A stretch of DNA of 64,000 nucleotides, taken from positions 64,001 to 128,000 of the forward strand of contig CAVTHK010000015.1 of NCBI GenBank assembly GCA_963734495.1. Direction: 5' to 3'. A program made the translations under genes and the position numbers. This document shows, one piece after another, positions 1 through 7,680 of this stretch. How positions within the stretch are numbered: position 1 is the stretch's first letter; every line of letters begins with the position of its first letter. The notes under the pieces were generated by a model, which was given only the letters and a program-made list of their open reading frames with translations, was not told the DNA's origin and ran no database searches. The stretch is from an uncultured Spirochaetota bacterium. GTDB taxonomy: Bacteria; Spirochaetota; Spirochaetia; SZUA-6; CAVTHK01.

Positions 1-1346
1 ACCCGCAGACGCAGGCGTGGGAGCCCTTCAGGCTGCTCGTCAAGCCGGCGGTCACGCGGATGGAAAAGGACAAGGACGGCAAGCAGGTCGAAACGCAGGT
101 GAGCGAGGCGCAATACCGGACGCTCGACGAGCTGCTGATCCCGATCGACGATCGCGGGACGATGCTCATCAACTTCATGGGCCCCCGTTCGAGCGCGGCC
201 GCGGACGGGTACCAGACGTTCCCCGTGCGCCCGTACTCCGGCTACAACCGCGATCCCGGGATCGACCCGTCGGCCTGGCCCCGCACCAAGGCCGTCGCCA
301 ACCGCGTGGTGATGGTCGGAGTCTTCGCTACGGGACTCGCCGAAGACGAGAAGCCGACGCCCTACGGCCTCATGTACGGCGTCGAGATCAACGCCAACGC
401 CCTCAACACGATCCTGATGAACCGGTTCCTGACCCCGGCGCCGACCTGGGTGGAGGCGCTGGTCCTGCTGGCCGCGATCATGCTCGTGAGCTTCATGACG
501 TCGCGTCTGTCCACCGTCTGGTCGCTGGTGATCACGCTCGTGCTCGTGTTCCTGTACTTCCTGGTGGTCGTGTACGTGTTCGATTTTGCGAGCTACATCC
601 TGCTCTTCAGCGCGCCGGCGTCGGGGGCTCTGCTCGCGTTTCTTGCGATCGTCGCCTACAGAGTCATGACCGAAGAGCGCGAAAAGCGCATGATCCGCAA
701 CACGTTCGGCAGGTACGTGAGCCCCGAAGTCGTGAACGAGATCCTGTCCAGCCCGCCCGAGCTCGGGGGCGTGGACAAGGAGCTGACGGTGCTGTTCTCG
801 GACATCCGCGGCTTTACGTCGCTCTCCGAGCAGATGTCGCCGCAGGAGCTGGTAAACCATCTCAACGTGTATCTCACGGCCATGACCGACCTGATCTTCG
901 AGTACAAAGGCACCCTCGACAAGTACGTCGGCGACGAGATCATGTGCTTCTGGGGCGCGCCGCTGCCGCAGGCGGACCACGCGCTTCTCGCGTGCCGCTG
1001 CGCGCTGCGCCAGATGCAGAAGCTCGCGGAGCTGAACGCGACCTGGGCGGCGGAGGGGCGCCCCGGGTTCTCCATCGGGATCGGGATGAACTCGGGCATC
1101 ATGACCGTGGGAAATATGGGGTCTCCGGGGCGGATGAACTACACGCTCATGGGGGACAACGTCAACCTCGGGGCGAGGCTCGAGGGCACGAACAAGCAGT
1201 ACCTCACGGGCATCATCATGAGCGAGTTCACCTACGGGCTCGTCCAGGACAAGGTCGTGGCCAGGGAGCTCGACGTGATCCGGGTCAAGGGCAAGAACAA
1301 GCCGGTCGCGATCTACGAGCTGGTGGACATGGTGGACGGGGTGTGA
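1..1346 (+). CDS. Membrane class III adenylate cyclase with CHASE2-like sensor region (5' end outside window)
   Basis: CHASE2-like end (TPYGLMYGVEINANALNTIL), three TM segments, then cyclase motifs LFSDIRGFT, DKYVGD and TLMGDNVNLGARLEG; the Lys/Thr pair suggests ATP specificity. Confidence 0.9.
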   Translation, partial: PQTQAWEPFRLLVKPAVTRMEKDKDGKQVETQVSEAQYRTLDELLIPIDDRGTMLINFMGPRSSAAADGYQTFPVRPYSGYNRDPGIDPSAWPRTKAVANRVVMVGVFATGLAEDEKPTPYGLMYGVEINANALNTILMNRFLTPAPTWVEALVLLAAIMLVSFMTSRLSTVWSLVITLVLVFLYFLVVVYVFDFASYILLFSAPASGALLAFLAIVAYRVMTEEREKRMIRNTFGRYVSPEVVNEILSSPPELGGVDKELTVLFSDIRGFTSLSEQMSPQELVNHLNVYLTAMTDLIFEYKGTLDKYVGDEIMCFWGAPLPQADHALLACRCALRQMQKLAELNATWAAEGRPGFSIGIGMNSGIMTVGNMGSPGRMNYTLMGDNVNLGARLEGTNKQYLTGIIMSEFTYGLVQDKVVARELDVIRVKGKNKPVAIYELVDMVDGV

Positions 1347-2059
1347 AGCTGCGCCGGGCGTTCACGCGGGGGATGCGGGGATGCCTGCTCCCCCTTGGCG
1401 CGGCCCTCGCGGCGGCGTTGCTCCACGGCTGCGGGCTCGAGACCGTGGTGCTGCTCAGTGCGCCGGGGTCCGGCCCGCCCGACGAAACCGCGAAGACCTT
1501 CACCATCTACCTGACGGCATCCAACAACGAGCTGGAGTTCCGCGGCATCGAGATCTTCTACAAGTTCTATCCGGACCTCGGCAGCTTCGAAGGCGGACTG
1601 GCGACCTACGGCGACGTGGTGGCGGCGGGCTTCAGGCGCCTGACGTCGCTGAGAGACGCGCCCACGCTGCAGAACCTGCCGCTGATCCCCGTCGACAGCG
1701 GCGACCGGGGCATGCCCTCGAAGATCACGCTGGACTTTTCGCCCCTCGAGAACAAAGCGGTCCCCGTCATGAGCGCGGTGCCGGTGACCACCGGGCTGAC
1801 GTTTGCGAACACCGAGTTCAGGAGGGCGGTGGTGTACGGAGTAACCGGGCTGTTCAAGACGTTCTACTCCGAGACCGACGACGGGTTCGTGCATGACGAC
1901 GTCGACATCTCCGCTCTCGGCCTGAGCGCCGGGACCAATCCGATTGTCTACATCGGGCTCTACGCGCTGAGCTACGGGCTGCAGGACCTGACGACGCCCA
2001 TCTACAGCCGTGCCGTTCCGCTGAGCCCGATCTCGATACCGTTGCACGTGGTCGATTGA
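1343..2059 (+). CDS. Hypothetical lipoprotein
   Basis: GTG overlaps the cyclase stop (GTGA); hydrophobic signal with lipobox-like LLHG-C; normal protein composition downstream. Confidence 0.7.
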   Translation: MKLRRAFTRGMRGCLLPLGAALAAALLHGCGLETVVLLSAPGSGPPDETAKTFTIYLTASNNELEFRGIEIFYKFYPDLGSFEGGLATYGDVVAAGFRRLTSLRDAPTLQNLPLIPVDSGDRGMPSKITLDFSPLENKAVPVMSAVPVTTGLTFANTEFRRAVVYGVTGLFKTFYSETDDGFVHDDVDISALGLSAGTNPIVYIGLYALSYGLQDLTTPIYSRAVPLSPISIPLHVVD

Positions 2060-2087
2060 CCCGGGATGAATCAGGAAGGAGCGCCTG

Positions 2088-2366
2088 ATGAAGTGGTTCT
2101 ACCTCAACGTGGCTCTGACCTACATTACGATCGGTTTCGCAGCCGCGATCCTGATCTACTACGTGCTCAAGCGGCCGATCCTCGGCCACTTCTGGGGCGC
2201 GCTCATCATCGGGCTGATAGGCTCCTTTCTTGGCGGAGTCATCTACCGGGCGTTCCCGAAGTTCTTCGAGATGCTGTCTGATTTCAACGACGTCAACGTG
2301 TTCGCAGCCGCCTCCTGCGCGCTGGCCCTGATCTGGACGCTGTCCAAGCTGAGCTCGCCGAAGTAG
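2088..2366 (+). CDS. Small membrane protein, GlsB/YeaQ/YmgE-like
   Basis: 92 aa, three TM helices, GLIGSFLGG motif, Shine-Dalgarno GAAGGAG upstream. Confidence 0.65.
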   Translation: MKWFYLNVALTYITIGFAAAILIYYVLKRPILGHFWGALIIGLIGSFLGGVIYRAFPKFFEMLSDFNDVNVFAAASCALALIWTLSKLSSPK

Positions 2367-2426
2367 CGGGGAGCCGCCGCGCGGAGGCCGGTTGGCGACG
2401 CGCAGTGCTTTCCCGCCCCATGACTA

Positions 2427-2454
2427 ACTTCCTATAATGGATATTCTGTCTACC
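2427..2454 (+). other. dif-like XerC/XerD recombination site
   Basis: ACTTCCTATAA-TGGATA-TTCTGTCTACC in 11-6-11 layout; the left arm matches the Firmicutes-type XerC arm and the right arm matches TTATGTAAACT at 7 of 11 positions. AT-rich island between convergent genes. Confidence 0.55.
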
Positions 2455-2607
2455 AAAAGAGGTGGTCGGGCGGCGTCTGCCAGGCCGGGGCGCCGTAGAG
2501 CCCCCTTGTGCAAGCCCCGTCGAGCTGTCGCTTGTATGGATTGGTAGACGGCCGTGGGCGCTCCGGAATGTGTTTGTATGAAGGTGTACGTCGGGGTGTA
2601 CGACAGG

Positions 2608-3729
2608 TTACGGGAGGATGGCGCCCTCGAACCCGGCCTCCTTGAGGCGAACCAGGGCGTTGTGGGCTTCTTCCGGCTGGAACTGTTGCCTGAGTATGAC
2701 ACGGTAATAAGTCTTGCCATCGAGCAGCACGCGCTCGACGGTAGTCTGGAATCCTGCCCTCTCGAGGTCGCGGACCATGTAGGTTGCGTTTTCCTGGAGG
2801 GTGAAGGAGCCGGCCTGTATGCGAACGCCGGGCGACTCGGGCTGGACCGGCGGGCTTGTGGTCGGGGCTGGCGGTGGAGGCGCCGCGACGGGGGCCGGAG
2901 CGCGGCGGAGCTGCGGGTGCCGGCACGGGGCCGAGGAGCGGGAAGAGCCTTCGGGGCGAGAGCGCGAGGGAGACCGGGGACCCGGCCGCGAGCATGGACG
3001 CCTCGGGGGAGCCGGGGAAGGATGCTTCGAGGAGGCGCTGGTACGAGGCGGAGCGCTGGGGGTCCGGGACGGCGCGGTAGTGGACGACGAGCGTGAAGAG
3101 TGACTGGAGCCTCGCGGGGCTGGTTTCGGGGAGGGCCGGGAGCAGGGCCTGCAGCTCGCCGACCGCTTCGTCGCGGTAGCCGAGGTCGTAGCGGAGCAGC
3201 GCCCGGACGGCGCGCAGGGCCACGCGGCGCGGGCCGTCGGAGACGAGCGCGATGGCGTCGTCGAGCGACCGGAGAGCGGCGTCGTTCGCGCCGAGGTCGC
3301 AGGCGACGAGCGCGCTCGCGACGAGGGCGTCGGCGCGCTGCTCCGGGCCCTCTGCCGCCGCCGCGGCGCGCTGGTAGAGGCGGAGCGCCGCCTCCGGGCG
3401 CCCGGCAGCGTCGAGGATGGCGGCGATCTGAAGCGCGAGGTCGGCGGGAACGCGCTCGGGCGCTGTCGAGACGGCCTCGACGGTCGAGAGCAGAAGGTCG
3501 AGATTCTGCGTCTGCCTGACGAACGTTCTCAGCGCGTCCGGCCAGGCGGGATCGTCTCGATTCGCGCGCAGCCAGTCCGCGGTCGCCAACGGAGGTGCCG
3601 CCGGCGCGCCTGAGCCGGCCTGCGGCGCCTGGGGCTTCGCGGCCGGCAGGCCGGCTGCCCCTGCTGGGCCGGCAACAGGCCCGAGCAGAGCAGCGCGATC
3701 AGGGCAGGGATTGCGAGCGGGAGCTTCAC
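2608..3729 (-). CDS. Exported TPR-like protein with C-terminal SPOR domain (frameshifted)
   Basis: Signal peptide VKLPLAIPALIALLCSG, helical repeats, and after a frame change YAIQAGSFTLQENATYMVRDL...YYRVIL...LKEAGFEGAILP*. Confidence 0.75.
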
Positions 3730-3730
3730 G

Positions 3731-4000
3731 TCATGCGCGCGGCGAAGCGTTGCCGGCGGACCCCTGAACGGCCCCCGGACCGCCCCTGCCGACGCGAGGC
3801 CGCCTCCGCGCAAGCGCGAACGGCAGCACGCAGAGGGCGCCGAGTATGAACGCGAAGATGAGCGCCAGGAAGAGCGGCACGCCGCGGAACTCATAGACGA
3901 CGAGCTTGACGTCCACGGGCAGCGTGTTGAGGCTCGCGAATACGGCCGCAAATACGAGCACGATCAGTCCGAAGACGAGGCGCCACGGGAATTTCTTCAT
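3731..4000 (-). CDS. LapA/DUF1049-family small membrane protein
   Basis: Two TM helices with the family pattern FASLNTLPVDV...VPLFLALIFAFILG. Confidence 0.75.
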   Translation of the reverse strand: MKKFPWRLVFGLIVLVFAAVFASLNTLPVDVKLVVYEFRGVPLFLALIFAFILGALCVLPFALARRRPRVGRGGPGAVQGSAGNASPRA

Positions 4001-4054
4001 CCTTTATTCTTTCCTCGATGGCCCGGGAGCGTCGTCGCGGCGGATAGCGGGCGC

Positions 4055-4396
4055 TTACGAGCGCGCCTTGAGCTTGCGGAAGAAGTTGTACAGCGAATAC
4101 CCGCCGAACGCGAGCAGGCCGATTCCGCCCAGCCAGAGAAGGCCGCCGCCGCGATGGATGACGTTCGAGAGAATCGTCAGGATCCCGGCTGCGGTCGCGA
4201 CGGTTCCCGCGGCCCTGTCCCTGCTGGAGCCCGCCACGCCGAGCCCGATGGCGGTGAGCGCGGCCCCGGCCACGAGACCCACGACGGGCACATGCGACAG
4301 AGACGTCAGCACAAGCAGCCCCACGCCACCCGCTACTCCGCCGAAGCCCCGTATGCCGTCGCGTTCGACTTCCTTGCGCGGCACTATGTCTCCCAT
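4055..4396 (-). CDS. Hypothetical Gly-rich membrane protein
   Basis: MGDIVPRKEVERDGIRGFGGVAGG..., about four TM segments; promoter-like TGGACA-18-TAGACT upstream. Confidence 0.65.
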   Translation of the reverse strand: MGDIVPRKEVERDGIRGFGGVAGGVGLLVLTSLSHVPVVGLVAGAALTAIGLGVAGSSRDRAAGTVATAAGILTILSNVIHRGGGLLWLGGIGLLAFGGYSLYNFFRKLKARS

Positions 4397-4484
4397 CTCT
4401 TGTCCACCCCTCGATATGAGTCTAACACCACGCAAGAGCAGGTGTCCACAATGGCGTCCCGGCCGGAGCTGCGCGGCCCGCGAT

Positions 4485-6467
4485 TCACGCCCGCGGGAGC
4501 GAGAGCCAGACCACCCCGCCCTTCTCCGGCGCGATCCCGAGCTCTCCCCCGCTGAGCGCCACGGCGCGGCGGGCCAGGTAAAGGCCCATTCCCGCGTGCC
4601 CGGCCTTGGTCGTGGTAAACGGATCCGCGGCCGTGGCCGCGATCTCCGGCGCGAATCCGCCGCCGCCGTCGCTGACCTCGATCCGCAGGCGTCCCGGCTC
4701 GCGCCTGCCGGTGATCGTGATGAGCCCCTCCGGCGCGCTCTCGTACGCGTTGGAGAGCACCTCGTCGAGGGCCGCGATCACGTACTGAGGCACGGCCCGC
4801 ACGGCGACCGCGGGTGTGCTGTCTTCCACGCGGATGCCCGGCAGCCGCTGCCTGGCGCGCGAGACTGCGACCGCGGCCAGCTTGTCCGCCTCGCATCGCT
4901 CGGGCAGGCCGCCGCTCAAGAAGGCGACCGGACGCATCGCCTCGGCCAGCCGCGCGGCGAGCGTGCGCGCGGAGCGGATGTGGGCCGCGGCCCCGCCGCT
5001 CCCGTCCGGCGAGGCCAGCGCGGATGCCGCCGCGTCGGCCTCGCGCCGCACGCCGTCGAGCTCCGCCTCCACGTGTCGCGCCAGGCGGACCAGGTCGTGC
5101 TGCCGGGCCGACTCCCAGTCCTCCCGCCCCGCCGACTCCTGGAGCTCGAGACGCAGCGCGGCGTTCTCGCGCGCGAGCTCGTGCATCCGCCGGACCGGCC
5201 GGTCGAGGCGGAGCGACGCGACCCGCAGCAGGAGCGCCTGCGCGGGAAACAGCAGCGCCGCGAGGACGAAGGCCGCGACGAGCGACCCCGCGCGGCCGCT
5301 CATGGCGTAGTGCGTCGTGAGCTGCTCGACGAGCGGATCGTAGAGCCATGCGAAGAACACCACCGCGGCCAGCGCGATGAACGCATAGACGAGAAAACGC
5401 GAAAGCAGGTGGCGCGTCTCGATGGACCTGCCGGTGACGAAGCCGACCGTGAACAGGACCGGCAGCGGCAACAGAAACAGGCTCGCGAACCCGCCCGTCC
5501 CGATCCTCGGGGCGCCCCAGTCGTCCAGGATCATGGGGAGCTGGTCGAAGAAGAAATACGGCGGCAGCGCCACGAGAAAGCCCGCGAGCATCCACTGGAT
5601 GCGGGCACGCTCGCGGGCGCCGGCGCGGGCGAGAACCGTGCCGAGCAGACCGACAAACGCGATGTAGGCGCCCGCCTCGGCCGCGTTGGCGAGCCTGCCG
5701 AGGCCGCGGTAGCGGGCGAGCAGGCCGTCGGCACCCGTCGCGGCCCACTGGGCGAACAGCGTGAGCCGGCTCGCGCTGAACGCCGTGTAGACCGCGGCGA
5801 CGAGCGCGATCGCGCCGACGCGCGCCGCCCGGGACGCTCGCGGGCGCGGGTAGTAGAGGCCGAAGCCCAGCAGGAGCCACGGCGCGAGCTTGCCCGCATG
5901 CACGAGGGCGTTCGCGAGCAGGCTCTCGTAGTAGAAGGGCTTGACCGCGACGAACAGCGCATAACAGAAGCAGGCGGCCGCCAGCAGCAGCGTCGCCAGC
6001 GTGAGGCGCCGGTCGAAGAGGAGCGCGAAACCCAGTCCGGTGAGGGCGACGAGAAACGCGAGAGTAAAGGAGTTCTCCACCCGCCGCAGCGGCAGGTCCG
6101 GAGCGAGCGCGATCGTCAGCGGGGACGCGCCGTCCCGCAGAACCGCGACCTCGGCCGGCTCCCAGGTGCGCCAGGCCAGGTCCGCGACGACGAGGTCCCG
6201 CAGGCCCGCGATGGCGCGCTCGCCGACCCGCAGGATCTGGTCGCGGTACGGGAGGAGTCCCGCGCGGACAGCGGGCGAGAGGGGCGAGCGCGGCGCGAAC
6301 AGGACCCGGCCGCCCTCCGTGACCGCCTCCGGGAAGTTGACGACCAGCCCGGTGTACGGCTTGAGCAGGTAGCGTCCAAAATAGACGAGGGAAAGAAGGG
6401 TGAAGAAGGCCGCCAGCGCCACCGCCGCGATTCTCTTCGGCCCGATCGCGCCCAGCGGAAGCCTCAC
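4485..6467 (-). CDS. Multi-TM sensor histidine kinase-like protein with N-terminal PDZ-like domain
   Basis: PDZ-like SPAVRAGLLPYRDQILRVG, many TM helices, HATPase boxes N (EVLSNAYES), G1 (SDGGGGF), F (DPFTTTK) and G2 (GMGLYL); H-box atypical. Confidence 0.8.
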   Translation of the reverse strand: MRLPLGAIGPKRIAAVALAAFFTLLSLVYFGRYLLKPYTGLVVNFPEAVTEGGRVLFAPRSPLSPAVRAGLLPYRDQILRVGERAIAGLRDLVVADLAWRTWEPAEVAVLRDGASPLTIALAPDLPLRRVENSFTLAFLVALTGLGFALLFDRRLTLATLLLAAACFCYALFVAVKPFYYESLLANALVHAGKLAPWLLLGFGLYYPRPRASRAARVGAIALVAAVYTAFSASRLTLFAQWAATGADGLLARYRGLGRLANAAEAGAYIAFVGLLGTVLARAGARERARIQWMLAGFLVALPPYFFFDQLPMILDDWGAPRIGTGGFASLFLLPLPVLFTVGFVTGRSIETRHLLSRFLVYAFIALAAVVFFAWLYDPLVEQLTTHYAMSGRAGSLVAAFVLAALLFPAQALLLRVASLRLDRPVRRMHELARENAALRLELQESAGREDWESARQHDLVRLARHVEAELDGVRREADAAASALASPDGSGGAAAHIRSARTLAARLAEAMRPVAFLSGGLPERCEADKLAAVAVSRARQRLPGIRVEDSTPAVAVRAVPQYVIAALDEVLSNAYESAPEGLITITGRREPGRLRIEVSDGGGGFAPEIAATAADPFTTTKAGHAGMGLYLARRAVALSGGELGIAPEKGGVVWLSLPRA

Positions 6468-6871
6468 GACGCGGCCTCCCCGTCCCCCGGCCGGAGGCTG
6501 TCGATCTCGGGCGGCAGCCTGACAGGCCTGCCGTCGTCGCCGACGCAGGCCCACTCGACGGTCGCATCCGCGATACGGTCGCCGTCCCTCGTGACGACCT
6601 GGCGGAACACGCCGCTCGATCCCCTCATCCGCAGCACCTCGGTCGCGATCTCGAGCGGGTCGTCGAGGAACGCGGGCTTCAGGTACTCGATGCTCAGGCG
6701 CCGGACCACGAGGTTCACGCCGCGCCTCCGCAGCTCCTGCAGCGGCAGCGCGTGGTCAGAGAGGAGCTGCACGCGCGCGGTCTCCAGGTACTGCAGGTAG
6801 ACCGCGTGGTTGACGTGCCCGTAGAGGTCGCACTCGTGGAACCGGACCCGGGTCGAGACGCGGTGAACCAT
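6464..6871 (-). CDS. Acyl-CoA thioesterase, YbgC/4HBT family
   Basis: RVRFHECDLYGHVNHAVYLQYLETAR signature. Confidence 0.9.
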   Translation of the reverse strand: MVHRVSTRVRFHECDLYGHVNHAVYLQYLETARVQLLSDHALPLQELRRRGVNLVVRRLSIEYLKPAFLDDPLEIATEVLRMRGSSGVFRQVVTRDGDRIADATVEWACVGDDGRPVRLPPEIDSLRPGDGEAAS

Positions 6872-6919
6872 TCTTACCTCTCCCGGCCCGCCTGCGGACC
6901 CGTGAGCGCCGCCCAAAGG

Positions 6920-6948
6920 TTGACACCAGCGGGGGCCGCTGGTATATT
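6920..6948 (+). promoter_or_regulatory. Sigma70 promoter of tRNA-Met
   Basis: TTGACA-17 bp-TATATT followed by a GC-rich discriminator; the spacer is a perfect dyad. Confidence 0.8.
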
Positions 6949-6960
6949 GGCCCGGCTTCT

Positions 6961-7033
6961 GGCGGCGTAGCTCAGTTGGTAGAGCAAACGGCTCATATCC
7001 GTTGGGGCAGGGGTTCGACTCCCTTCGCCGCTA
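6961..7033 (+). tRNA. tRNA-Met(CAT), elongator type
   Basis: Cloverleaf with acceptor GGCGGCG/CGCCGCT, anticodon arm AACGG-CTCATAT-CCGTT and GTTCGA T-loop; C3-G70 and absence of C4/C5 favour Met over Ile2; CCA not encoded. Confidence 0.9.
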
Positions 7034-7127
7034 TTTTCGCGGGCGCGCGGGTGTCCGGCCGTGACCGGTGCCTCGCCGCCTGTCCCACCGCCGGGTCGGC
7101 TGATTGTCGCGTCGCCTGCGGCTCCCG

Positions 7128-7679
7128 TCAAGTTGCGGGCTTCTCCTCGTCGATGCGTGTCCAGAACTGCTTCTCGGAGATCGCGCCCATGAGCAGCTCG
7201 CGTATCAGTCCCCGCGTGCGCTCGGAGAACACGGTCCAGTAGCGCCGGCTCCAGTCCTTCTGCAGCTCCGCCTTGTCCGCGGGCGACATGCGCCCGACGC
7301 TGTAGTCGACGAACTGCACGACCATCGACCGCGCCACGTCGCGCGGGAGGTTCTCCTCGCTCACCTGGCCGGCGCGATCGGGGACCCACTCCTCGAGCAT
7401 GAGCTCGAGCTGCTCCTCGGGAATCTCGGGGAGGGTCCGGCGGACCATGTCGCGGATGTACTTCTTGGTCATCTCCTTGATGTCGCCGATCGATTCGAGC
7501 TGCTCGGAGACCGCGCCCGCGAGGTCGTGCGCCATGCCGCGGATGTTGCCGGCCGACAGCCGGCTGCGGCTGTCGCGCTGCCTGCGCTCGAGGGCGGCCT
7601 TGAGCACGTCGAGATCCTTGGGCGAGGCCCGGTTGAGTATGTAGTCCACGGCACGGTACAGCTCTTTGTCGAACGGCAT
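7128..7679 (-). CDS. Hypothetical protein
   Basis: Intact 183-aa ORF directly downstream of rarA with typical codon usage. Confidence 0.7.
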   Translation of the reverse strand: MPFDKELYRAVDYILNRASPKDLDVLKAALERRQRDSRSRLSAGNIRGMAHDLAGAVSEQLESIGDIKEMTKKYIRDMVRRTLPEIPEEQLELMLEEWVPDRAGQVSEENLPRDVARSMVVQFVDYSVGRMSPADKAELQKDWSRRYWTVFSERTRGLIRELLMGAISEKQFWTRIDEEKPAT

Positions 7680-7680
7680 G

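Noticed and set aside
6961..7033. tRNA-Ile2 assignment, given tilS in the window
   Set aside because: The acceptor stem has C3-G70 and G4/G5 rather than the C4-G69 and C5-G68 pairs recognised by TilS.
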